From an uncultured Actinomycetota bacterium (GTDB lineage Bacteria > Actinomycetota > Humimicrobiia > Humimicrobiales > Humimicrobiaceae): a stretch of 59,900 nucleotides of DNA. Where the stretch lies: NCBI GenBank assembly GCA_964426155.1, contig CAYROY010000107.1, positions 1 through 59,900 of the forward strand, in the 5' to 3' direction. The translations under genes were made by a program, and so were the position numbers. This document shows, piece by piece, positions 30,307 through 38,412 of this stretch (within the stretch, counting starts at the first letter, position 1; each line of letters begins with the position of its first letter). The notes beneath the pieces are model-generated. The model did not search any database. It was given only the letters and a program-made list of their open reading frames with translations, and was not told where the DNA came from.

Positions 30307-30351
30307 ACTTAATCTATAATTACAGGCATAATATATCTACAGCTGTTATTA

Positions 30352-30369
30352 TATGCTATTAATAGCATA
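30352..30369. repeat. 18-bp perfect palindrome (possible operator)
   Basis: TATGCTATT|AATAGCATA in the 274-nt gap after yggU, about 60 nt upstream of the candidate promoter at 30427. Confidence 0.8.
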
Positions 30370-30426
30370 ATCCCTGATATTTCCCTGGATGATTAATTTT
30401 ATACCCGTTAATAACAAAAAAAACAT

Positions 30427-30455
30427 TTGACATTCTAATATAACAGTTCTATCAT
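30427..30455 (+). promoter_or_regulatory. Candidate sigma-70-type promoter of the CpaE-like/HTH/peptide locus
   Basis: TTGACA (30427-30432), exactly 17-nt spacer, TATCAT (30450-30455). Confidence 0.5.
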
Positions 30456-30479
30456 AAATATTTAAGATATGGCTAAAGA

Positions 30480-30581
30480 ATGTTTAATATTATTACAATG
30501 TTAATTGTAGGAATTATAACATATATAATACAGAGGGTTTTTAGCAGAAGAATTGTAAAAATTATTAGACTAATAACGTAA
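30480..30581 (+). CDS. Candidate 33-aa hydrophobic small ORF
   Basis: ATG 30480 ... TAA 30579-30581 encodes MFNIITMLIVGIITYIIQRVFSRRIVKIIRLIT. Its stop overlaps the next gene's ATG (TAATG). No good SD, and an open frame of this length could arise by chance. Confidence 0.3.
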   Translation: MFNIITMLIVGIITYIIQRVFSRRIVKIIRLIT

Positions 30582-31651
30582 TGGGTGTAATTCTTTACAT
30601 AGGGAACGATAAAAATATTATGGTAAGTATCCAGAAGTTATCATCAGGAAGAAATAAAATTGCGGTACTGGATGCAAGATGTAATTACAGGCATTATATA
30701 GAAGAATATATACCGGATTATATTTTGCTATCCGGATCAATAAATAGGTTCAGTGAAATTTCACAATATATAATCAATGAAACATCTTCTAACCTTATAA
30801 TAACCGGGAATAAAAAAGGTAATCAAATATTACCGGGTATTCCAACTGTAAATAACCCTGAAACAATAGAAAGGCTTAAAAGTATTGTTGACTTAATAAA
30901 TAATATTGATTCGGAAACTAAGAGTGAAAATAGTAAATATAAATTTCTGAGGCAGGAAGTTATTTCTTTTTATTCGATACAGGGGGGAGTTGGAAAAACC
31001 ACTCTGGCTGTTAATGCTGCCTGGCAGTTACGGAGAATGAATATCGGCAGGATATTGATACTGGACCTTAACTTCTGCGAGGGGCCGTCGGATATACCTA
31101 TCAGGTTGGATATAAACAGCTCCAGGAATATAGGAGATTATATTGACGATGTTATCGGAGGTGATGGGGATATAGAGAAAAATATAGTAGAGTTAAATGG
31201 CATCGATATAATGAGTGCTCCATATTCATTATACAAGAGTGACAGCTTCGATATAGATATGCTGGATGGGCTGATTTATTCTGCAAGGAATGATTATGAT
31301 GTGATTATTGCAGATATACCATTCAGATATGACAATATTTCTCTGGAAATGATAAACCTTTCTACAACATCCGTACTTGTATTGTCACAGGAAATAGGGG
31401 TAGTACCAAGAATATTGGAATTTAAGAAATTCCTTCCCGAAAATCAGAAAAAAATAGCTGTAATAAATAAATTTGAAGATTCCCCGGGAATGGCAATTGA
31501 TGAACTGGAAAAAATAATAGGGATACCGGTATGCATATCTATACCTTACATCACATCAGAAAGAAAAGGCCTTATAAAAGATAATAATAAAATTACAGGA
31601 ATTTTAGATCTGGAGGCGGGAATAAATAATCTTTTAAATAATATATTTTAA
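30581..31651 (+). CDS. CpaE/TadZ-like ParA/MinD-superfamily ATPase with degenerate N-terminal receiver-like domain
   Basis: The C-terminal half has the P-loop FYSIQGGVGKTTLAVNAA, ILILDLN and IIADIP. The N-terminal roughly 110 aa has a receiver-like alternating pattern, but the phospho-acceptor position reads LLSGS. Confidence 0.7.
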   Translation: MGVILYIGNDKNIMVSIQKLSSGRNKIAVLDARCNYRHYIEEYIPDYILLSGSINRFSEISQYIINETSSNLIITGNKKGNQILPGIPTVNNPETIERLKSIVDLINNIDSETKSENSKYKFLRQEVISFYSIQGGVGKTTLAVNAAWQLRRMNIGRILILDLNFCEGPSDIPIRLDINSSRNIGDYIDDVIGGDGDIEKNIVELNGIDIMSAPYSLYKSDSFDIDMLDGLIYSARNDYDVIIADIPFRYDNISLEMINLSTTSVLVLSQEIGVVPRILEFKKFLPENQKKIAVINKFEDSPGMAIDELEKIIGIPVCISIPYITSERKGLIKDNNKITGILDLEAGINNLLNNIF

Positions 31652-31652
31652 C

Positions 31653-32039
31653 ATGGGAGAAAGAGAAGAATTATATACCATAAAGGAAGTATCTGAACTT
31701 GCAGGTATAAGTGAGCCGGAGATCATAAGGTTTGTGATGTTGAAAAAACTTAAAGCAACCAGGATAGGAAAAGCTATAAGAATAAAAGAAAAAGATTTGG
31801 AAGTTTTTTTGGACAATTTTGTTGGCGGTGAGGAAATAAAAAATTTAGCCGGCAAACCAGTTTTATATACAGCGGAACAGGTATCAAAAATATTAAAACT
31901 TTCAATCGATAATATATGGAATCTACTAAAGACCGGAAAGCTTAAAGGTTTTAAGATAAGGGAAGGAAGGAGTTCATGGAGGATACCTTCTGATAGCCTT
32001 GATGAGTTTATTGAGAGCCGGACCAGGAAAACTATTTGA
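31653..32039 (+). CDS. DNA-binding protein with two excisionase/MerR-type helix-turn-helix domains
   Basis: Two repeats of the excisionase-family HTH pattern: YTIKEVSELAGISEPEIIRFVMLKKLKATRIGKAIRIKEKDLEVFL and YTAEQVSKILKLSIDNIWNLLKTGKLKGFKIREGRSSWRIPSDSLDEFI. Starts 1 nt after the upstream stop. Confidence 0.75.
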   Translation: MGEREELYTIKEVSELAGISEPEIIRFVMLKKLKATRIGKAIRIKEKDLEVFLDNFVGGEEIKNLAGKPVLYTAEQVSKILKLSIDNIWNLLKTGKLKGFKIREGRSSWRIPSDSLDEFIESRTRKTI

Positions 32040-32043
32040 TATT

Positions 32044-32202
32044 ATGGAGAAAAAAAAGGGCCTTACCCGTCTGGAGAAGACAGCTATTGTAGTTATCATA
32101 ATACTGGTAATTATTATTGTAGGTCTTATTTTTAAGGACCGGATAGAAGAGTATATAAAAATATTTATGGAATGGTACACAGCAGAAAGCCAGAGTTTGT
32201 AG
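32044..32202 (+). CDS. 52-aa single-pass membrane protein
   Basis: MEKKKGLTRLEKTAIVVIIILVIIIVGLIFKDRIEEYIKIFMEWYTAESQSL. ATG 32044 is chosen because the 31999 start in the ORF track overlaps the HTH gene. Confidence 0.5.
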   Translation: MEKKKGLTRLEKTAIVVIIILVIIIVGLIFKDRIEEYIKIFMEWYTAESQSL

Positions 32203-32220
32203 TAAAAGGAGGTGAGAAAG

Positions 32221-32292
32221 ATGAAGAAATTATACAGGGTACTGATGATACTGGGATCATTAGTAGGAATATGCGCTACAGTTAGATGGTAG
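32221..32292 (+). CDS. 23-aa hydrophobic peptide, copy 1
   Basis: AAAAGGAGGTGA SD with 8-nt spacing to ATG 32221. Encodes MKKLYRVLMILGSLVGICATVRW, ending at TAG. Confidence 0.6.
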   Translation: MKKLYRVLMILGSLVGICATVRW

Positions 32293-32344
32293 AAAATATG
32301 AATCTATGGAAAAAAATAGATTTCAAGAGATGGAGGTGAGAAAG

Positions 32345-32416
32345 ATGAAGAAATTATACAGGGTACTGATGATACTGGGATCATTAGTAGGAATATGCGC
32401 TACAGTCAGATGGTAG
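32345..32416 (+). CDS. 23-aa hydrophobic peptide, copy 2 (identical product)
   Basis: GGAGGTGA SD with the same spacing and an identical peptide. The single nucleotide difference from copy 1 is synonymous (GTT/GTC, Val21). Confidence 0.6.
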   Translation: MKKLYRVLMILGSLVGICATVRW

Positions 32417-32482
32417 AAAATATAACAAATTATACTTTTTTGCTATAATAAATAATATTTATTAACTATAAATACTATAAAT

Positions 32483-33733
32483 TTGGTTGAAAAGAAAGCT
32501 CTAGTTTTAAAGATATATGTTTATGTTATTTTCCTGATAGGGTTGGCTGTTTTTATTTACATCCTCATAAACTATAAGAATATATCTTTATTGGGAGTGA
32601 TATTGTTTGGTATGTTGATATTCATTGCTGACAACCTTTCAGCACCTCTCCCAAAGACCGGAAGCGTATCAGTTAATTTTGGTATATCTCTAGCAAGTCT
32701 CATAATATTTGGTCCGTCTACTGCGATTATTGTTACTTTCATTTCTATTTTCAATATAAGGGAGTTCATTAAAAGAATTCCATATTACAGACATATATTT
32801 AATGCCGGCCAATATCTTATTTCAATGGGAATAGCAAGTCTGGTCTTTGAGCTGATATATAACAGGGAAGTTTCAAACTTTTTTAACCCGGCTAATTTAA
32901 GCTATATTCTTGCTGCAGCTTATATATTTTTCTTTCTAAACACAATTCTTACGGCAGGAGCGATCTCAATAAGTGAGGGAATCAGCGTTGCTAATGTCTG
33001 GATATTTAATTTTGCATGGCTTATACCTTTTCAATTATTCCTGGCCGCAATGGCAATAGCAATTTCTTTCCTTTACAAGCTTTATGGTCCTTTTACATTA
33101 CTGTTTACTTCATTACCTCTTATAATCGCTCAGTATACATATCTTTTAAGGGTAAAAGAAAGAAGAGCATTATTAAATAGTATTTTGCAGATCGTAAAGA
33201 TAGTTGAGGCTAAGGACCCTTATACTGCAGGTCACTCGGTAAGAGTTGCTGAATATAGTGAAAAAATCGCAAGGGAATTAAAACTGAATGAATATGATAT
33301 TGAACTTCTAATAAACCTTGCTAATTTACATGACCTTGGGAAAATTCAGATTGATCTATCGATACTTAATAAGCCGGGAAAATTTGATAAGAAAGACTGG
33401 GAAGAGGTAAAAAAACATCCTATAGTTGGTTATAATATAGTAAAAGAGATAACCTTTCTCAAAAGTGAAGCGAAATCGATATTATACCATCATGAAAGAA
33501 TAGACGGAAGCGGTTACCCATATGGATTAAAAGGAGCAAAAATCCCGCTTTTTGCAAAGATACTGGCTGTAGCTGATTCATATGATGCCATGACTACAAG
33601 CAGACCCTACCGGGATTCTCTCTCAAACAGTGAGGCGATAATAGAACTCAAAAAAAATTCAGGAACCCAGTTTGATATAAATGTCGCCGGGGCAATGATA
33701 GAAATATTAAAGAGGGAAATGGCTGAATCATGA
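32483..33733 (+). CDS. Polytopic membrane HD-GYP domain protein (putative c-di-GMP phosphodiesterase)
   Basis: The N-terminal roughly 220 aa holds about 7 hydrophobic helices. The C-terminal HD-GYP domain has HSVRVAEY, LHDLGK and HHERIDGSGYPYGL. TTG start with no clear SD. Confidence 0.85.
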   Translation: MVEKKALVLKIYVYVIFLIGLAVFIYILINYKNISLLGVILFGMLIFIADNLSAPLPKTGSVSVNFGISLASLIIFGPSTAIIVTFISIFNIREFIKRIPYYRHIFNAGQYLISMGIASLVFELIYNREVSNFFNPANLSYILAAAYIFFFLNTILTAGAISISEGISVANVWIFNFAWLIPFQLFLAAMAIAISFLYKLYGPFTLLFTSLPLIIAQYTYLLRVKERRALLNSILQIVKIVEAKDPYTAGHSVRVAEYSEKIARELKLNEYDIELLINLANLHDLGKIQIDLSILNKPGKFDKKDWEEVKKHPIVGYNIVKEITFLKSEAKSILYHHERIDGSGYPYGLKGAKIPLFAKILAVADSYDAMTTSRPYRDSLSNSEAIIELKKNSGTQFDINVAGAMIEILKREMAES

Positions 33734-34248
33734 TTAAAAAGTACTGGGTTATATTTTTAAAATGTATTGGAGTTTTTGCTGCAGGATGTATTATTGGATA
33801 TTTTTTTTATTATTTTTTTAGCAATCAGAGTGCTTTTATAATAGAAAAGTTTAAGTTACTACAGAGTTTTTTCGGTATAGAAAATTTCAGCGATGGTATG
33901 CTGATAAGAACTGCCATTTTAACTATACTTTTAGGAAACCTTGTATCTATAATATGCTATATTGCTCTGGGTTTTGCCAGGTTAAGTCTTCCCATAAGTT
34001 TTTTATCCGGCTTTTTCGTAATTGTCTTTTTGTTTTCAGGCATAATAAGACATGGAACAGCCATACCTCTGGAGGTAATAATACTATCCTCTATAGAGAT
34101 GCTATACAGAATTATAGCTGTGAGTGCCGGAGAATATATAAGCAAACAGAGATTAAAAAACAGGGCAGTACCAGTAACTGCTTTTAGCACTGTATTCATA
34201 TTATATATTTTTGCCGCTTTTTATGAGGTATGGCAGTTATATCAGTAG
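33730..34248 (+). CDS. Membrane protein, SpoIIM/DUF95-like
   Basis: 172 aa, 4-5 TM helices, with an RHGTAIPLE segment resembling the HGxxExP motif of SpoIIM-family proteins. ATGA overlap with the HD-GYP gene. Confidence 0.45.
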   Translation: MIKKYWVIFLKCIGVFAAGCIIGYFFYYFFSNQSAFIIEKFKLLQSFFGIENFSDGMLIRTAILTILLGNLVSIICYIALGFARLSLPISFLSGFFVIVFLFSGIIRHGTAIPLEVIILSSIEMLYRIIAVSAGEYISKQRLKNRAVPVTAFSTVFILYIFAAFYEVWQLYQ

Positions 34249-34253
34249 ATATT

Positions 34254-34976
34254 TTACCGGGCCGCATTTTTAAAATCCTTTTTCTCCCTGATACCATTAA
34301 TGACAAGTCTAAAGAATTTTAGAGTATCTTTTATTGGATTTACATGACTGACAAAATCTTTATGGTAGATTGTCTTTATAGGTATATTGAGTATTTTCAT
34401 ATCATACCATCCTGCCCTCATCACTATTTCGGGCTCAGTATCAAAATTACAGGTATTGAGTTTTATCTTTTTAATAGCAGAGGTTTTGAGATAGCGGTAT
34501 CCAGATTGTACGTCACTTATTTTTTTATCTGCTATCCTTGATATAATCCAGGAAGTAAAGACATTGGTTGCAAGTCTTATGAAAGGCATTCCCAGTGTAT
34601 TCTCAAGACGGTTTCCTATTATAAGGTCGGGATCCTTATCCTTTACAGTCTCAACAAATTTCTTTATTTCTGCGGTATCATGTTGCCCATCGGCGTCAAT
34701 TGTAATTACCCCCATATATTTTTTTTTAATAATATATGAGAATCCGGTTATCAATGCCCGGCCCTTACCCATGTTGTAAGGATGAGTTATAAGTTTAAGC
34801 TTATTACCTGCTTCCTTTATGAGTAAACGGACTTGCGCTGCAGTGGAATCTACCGAGCCATCATCGACTACTATAATATCCATTCCATAAACCGCACAAT
34901 TTTCGATAACATGTTTTATATACTTATCTTCATTGTAGGCAGGAATCAATATTGCTATATCTCTATATCCTTCCAT
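34254..34976 (-). CDS. Family 2 glycosyltransferase (polyprenol-phosphate glycosyltransferase-like)
   Basis: ILIPAYNE, VVDDGSVD, NMGKG and IDADGQH motifs of GT-A/GT2 enzymes. Confidence 0.85.
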   Translation of the reverse strand: MEGYRDIAILIPAYNEDKYIKHVIENCAVYGMDIIVVDDGSVDSTAAQVRLLIKEAGNKLKLITHPYNMGKGRALITGFSYIIKKKYMGVITIDADGQHDTAEIKKFVETVKDKDPDLIIGNRLENTLGMPFIRLATNVFTSWIISRIADKKISDVQSGYRYLKTSAIKKIKLNTCNFDTEPEIVMRAGWYDMKILNIPIKTIYHKDFVSHVNPIKDTLKFFRLVINGIREKKDFKNAAR

Positions 34977-35587
34977 TTATTCTTTCCTGTCTTTTTATCG
35001 TAAATAAAGGATTCAGTTATTATTATATCAACTTTTATGTCGTGCTCCGAGACAGGAATATGATCTATGACCTGGATATCAAGGGCCAGAGCAATTTTTG
35101 GCAACTTCTCAGATACATTCCTTAAAAGTCTATCATAAAATCCACCACCGTAGCCTATTCTGTTCAAATCTGGATCAAAACCTACTCCAGGAACTATTAC
35201 AAGATCCATATCTTCAATAGAAGCCTTTTCACAAGTTGAGGGTAAAGGTTCTATAAGGCCATAAATCCCAGTTCTAAGATCCTCTGGAAGGTTTTTTATA
35301 TAATAAATTTCCAGATTTTTTTTATTTACTCTGGGCAGTGCAATTTTTTTCCCCCGGGACATTGACTTTTTTATAATTATCCTTGTGTCCAGCTCACTTT
35401 TGAAGGGGTAGTATGCGAGTATACTATTGGATTTTTTATACTTCTGGAGTTCAAAAAATTTTTCAGCTATTTTTATACTTTTGACCTCTATCAGATTTTT
35501 TGGCATGCTGTCACGTAGAGCCATAATCGATTTTCTGATATATTTTTTGGATTTATTTAAATTTTTAATGGAATCTTTTCTCTTCAT
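34955..35587 (-). CDS. 5-formyltetrahydrofolate cyclo-ligase
   Basis: K..IR........D and ...PGVGFD..LNRIGYGGGFYDR: the typical MTHFS signature. Its 3' end overlaps the GT2 start by 22 nt. Confidence 0.9.
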   Translation of the reverse strand: MKRKDSIKNLNKSKKYIRKSIMALRDSMPKNLIEVKSIKIAEKFFELQKYKKSNSILAYYPFKSELDTRIIIKKSMSRGKKIALPRVNKKNLEIYYIKNLPEDLRTGIYGLIEPLPSTCEKASIEDMDLVIVPGVGFDPDLNRIGYGGGFYDRLLRNVSEKLPKIALALDIQVIDHIPVSEHDIKVDIIITESFIYDKKTGKNKWKDIEI

Positions 35588-35824
35588 AAAAAATTATTTA
35601 TTTATAGTAGAATTGAATATTTATATGTATCATTTTTGGTTGAAGCTATTTATTTTTATAAAGAATATATACAATTGAGGTAAACTGAATTATAAATATT
35701 TTAATTAAATATAAAACTTTTTAATTTTAACATAATTTTATTTTAAAAATAATTATTAAATATCTTTTTTTTGATATAATCTTTTGTGTTTTTAATACTT
35801 ACAGTTATGTGTCGGGGAGTATTG

Positions 35825-37021
35825 ATGAAGAATAAGTCTTTTAAGATGGAAAGATTTTTAAAGATAGTTATAGCTGCTCTGGTTATCACATTAATAATGA
35901 TAGGGCTAAACCTTGTTTCATGTGATACAAGGGAAAGAATAATAAGGATAGGAAGCCAGTCAGTCCTATCTGGAGAATACAGGGTTTTTGGGGAAGATCA
36001 AATGGTAAGCATGGAACTTGCTATCTCAGACATCTCTCCAGTCAGGATCGGGGGTTTCGACTATGATATCGAGCTTATAACAAGGGATGATGAAGGTAAC
36101 CCTGAAAAAGCGTTTCTCATAGCTCAGGAACTTGTCGAACAGGGAGCAGTTGCAGTAATAGGCTCAACATTTGATGGAACTACCAGTGTATCTATTCCTG
36201 TTTATGAAGAATATGATATACCTATCATATCCCCTTTTTCCCAGAAGTCAGATACATCGGAAGTGGGGGATAATTTTTTTAGGGTTATAATAAGCAACAG
36301 ACAAAAAATTGAAAATACGGCAGATTTTATAACAGGTGTAACTAAACCGGCAAGGCTGATACTAATAGATGACAGAAGTGAATATTCAAATAATACTTTA
36401 GATTATCTTCAGGAGATACTGCTGGAAGCCGGACAGGATATACTACATAGATATTCACTGGATTTTGACGGAGATGATATGGCAGTATTTTTAGAAAATC
36501 TACTTATAGATGAGCCCGATTATATTTTTTGCATAGCAGATTTCAACGATCTTGCTGTTCTAATAAAAAGATCCAGGGAAGCCGGGGTGGAATCAAGATT
36601 TATCACTGATGAAACTGTTATGAAAGAAAGTTCTTTTTCCGCAGCTGATGGTCCATATCTTGAAGGGCTTATAGCAATAGTCCATGAGCCACCTTCAATT
36701 GCCATGTACTCAACTGACCAGAAAGCTGTTGATTTCTGGCATTCTTATAATGATCTGCTCGATGAAAAGCGAAAGGAAATGAATCTTTCTATAAATGGGC
36801 CAGGTGAGTACAGCCCCTACATCTATGATGCCTTATTTGTGGTTGTGGAGTCAATGAAAAAGTCTAATTCAATACTTTCAAAAGATTTTATGGAGGAACT
36901 CAGGTCAACTTCTTTTGACGGGATAACGGGACATATAGAATTCGATGCCAGGGGAAATAGGGTAGATCCAGAATCAACCGTATTTATGATCAAGGACGGA
37001 GCATGGGTAAGATATAATTAA
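35825..37021 (+). CDS. Periplasmic-binding-protein type 1 substrate-binding protein (LivJ/LivK-like, branched-chain amino acid family)
   Basis: Signal/anchor helix, then IGSQSVLSGEY..FGED...ELAISDI, DDEGNPEKA....ELVEQGAVAVIGS and IPIISP. ATG 35825 is consistent with the extended -10 TGATATAAT at 35772-35780. No permease or ATPase genes are adjacent. Confidence 0.75.
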   Translation: MKNKSFKMERFLKIVIAALVITLIMIGLNLVSCDTRERIIRIGSQSVLSGEYRVFGEDQMVSMELAISDISPVRIGGFDYDIELITRDDEGNPEKAFLIAQELVEQGAVAVIGSTFDGTTSVSIPVYEEYDIPIISPFSQKSDTSEVGDNFFRVIISNRQKIENTADFITGVTKPARLILIDDRSEYSNNTLDYLQEILLEAGQDILHRYSLDFDGDDMAVFLENLLIDEPDYIFCIADFNDLAVLIKRSREAGVESRFITDETVMKESSFSAADGPYLEGLIAIVHEPPSIAMYSTDQKAVDFWHSYNDLLDEKRKEMNLSINGPGEYSPYIYDALFVVVESMKKSNSILSKDFMEELRSTSFDGITGHIEFDARGNRVDPESTVFMIKDGAWVRYN

Positions 37022-37025
37022 TCGA

Positions 37026-38009
37026 TCAGGGTACTATGAAATTAAGTTTGCCGGAAGCTATTTTGAAGGTTGCCGGAAGTTTGCATATAAATTCACCATC
37101 AGCAAAAACACTGAAATTATAATTGCTTTCTATACTTATTTTGCTGGTTCTAAATATTTCTACATGGGGATCATCTGTATGTTTTCCCTGAAATACTTTT
37201 GGAAATACCTTTATGAAATGAAATTTACTCATCTTCTTTATTATGCATATATCAAGGAGTCCATCAGAAGGACTGGCATCGGGGGTTATTTTCATACCGC
37301 CTCCGTAGCTGGGCATGTTTGAAGCAGCTATCATCATACCGTTAAATTTTTTTACCTTTCCATCGTAATAAAAAGTAAATTCTTTTGATCTGAAGGTAAC
37401 AAGAGTTTTGTAAACTGCATAGGTATATTTTGATGAACCTTTTAATGGAAATCTGGTACTGTTTGCCAGGTCAGTAACCTCTGAATCAAAACCTGCTCCT
37501 GCAATGCATATGTAGTAATATTTATCGTTTATAACTCCCAGATCCAGTTTTTTTATTTTTCCCTGTTTAATTATCCTGCAGCAGTCTTCAATTCCGGAAG
37601 GTATGCCCAGGTTTGCAGAAATGTCATTTCCCGATCCCAGAGGTATTATACCGACTCTTTTATTACTTTCTGCAAGCATGTTTACCATATGATGAAGGGT
37701 ACCGTCTCCACCGACAGCTATGAAATTGTCAAAACCAGATGAAAGGTTGCTTTTAATAGTTTCCAGCATATGTTTTAGATTTTTGGTTATGCTTATGATG
37801 TATTCGATTCCGAACTCGTTCAGACAGGATTCTATCTTTTTTTTCGATTCCAATGCCCTTCCTCCGGCAGAAGAAGGATTTATCAATAAAGATGTTTTCA
37901 AGATATCTCCTATTTTGTTTTTTAAAAACGCAATTAATCCAGGATTTTTCATTATTATCAGACTTAAATAAAGATAAATAGTTTTATATTTTAAAAATAG
38001 TTTAATCAA
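37026..38009 (-). CDS. Diacylglycerol-kinase-family lipid kinase (YegS/BmrU-like)
   Basis: DAGK catalytic-domain motifs INPSSAGG, VGGDGTLHHMVN and PLGSGND. The true start may be the internal Met at 37952. Confidence 0.85.
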   Translation of the reverse strand: MIKLFLKYKTIYLYLSLIIMKNPGLIAFLKNKIGDILKTSLLINPSSAGGRALESKKKIESCLNEFGIEYIISITKNLKHMLETIKSNLSSGFDNFIAVGGDGTLHHMVNMLAESNKRVGIIPLGSGNDISANLGIPSGIEDCCRIIKQGKIKKLDLGVINDKYYYICIAGAGFDSEVTDLANSTRFPLKGSSKYTYAVYKTLVTFRSKEFTFYYDGKVKKFNGMMIAASNMPSYGGGMKITPDASPSDGLLDICIIKKMSKFHFIKVFPKVFQGKHTDDPHVEIFRTSKISIESNYNFSVFADGEFICKLPATFKIASGKLNFIVP

Positions 38010-38183
38010 CTGCGATCAACCGTTAAAAATAATTTACTGGATAATAATCTGCCGAACAGGCATATTGATTGATATTTTTAATGCTGGTATCATACTGATT
38101 AAATAATTTTAATTATCTTTAAGTATCTTTACCTTGACTTATTTGTAAAAAAATATAAATTATTTTCAGTTTTAAAAAAGAAA

Positions 38184-38257
38184 GCGGGCTTAGTATAGAG
38201 GTAGTACGTGAGCTTCCCAAGCTCAAAAGGCGGGTTCAATTCCCGTAGCCCGCTCCA
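38184..38257 (+). tRNA. tRNA-Gly (anticodon CCC)
   Basis: Cloverleaf folded by hand: acceptor GCGGGCT/AGCCCGC, D arm GTAT-AGAGGTA-GTAC, anticodon arm TGAGC-TTCCCAA-GCTCA, 4-nt variable loop, T arm GCGGG-TTCAATT-CCCGT, discriminator U, encoded CCA. Confidence 0.9.
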
Positions 38258-38412
38258 TTTTGAAATTGATAGAGAATGAGTTTACTTGTAGATTAAATCC
38301 AGTTTTAAGGGAAAATTTATTAAAAAATCACTTTGAAAAATGAAAAAACAGGAAACGGCTTTGATAATCAGTCAATAATATAAGATTTTAGAAAAAGAAA
38401 GGGCGAAAATAA

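Larger units (their letters stand above)
32208..32423 (+). repeat. Tandem direct repeat: two 92-nt units (32208-32299 and 32332-32423), 91/92 identical, period 124 nt
   Basis: Aligned by eye. The only mismatch is T32283 versus C32407. The units are separated by a unique 32-nt spacer. Confidence 0.95.

Noticed and set aside
31999-32043. Upstream extension (start 31999) of the small membrane protein ORF
   Set aside because: The extension overlaps the last 41 nt of the HTH gene and adds a non-membrane, unconserved-looking peptide. ATG 32044, just after the HTH stop, is more parsimonious.
32298-32339. 13-codon ORF (MNLWKKIDFKRWR) and a 7-bp A/T hairpin (32301-32322) in the unique spacer between the two peptide copies
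   Set aside because: The ORF has no SD and overlaps the SD of copy 2. The hairpin is A/U-only with no U-tract, so it is not called as a terminator.
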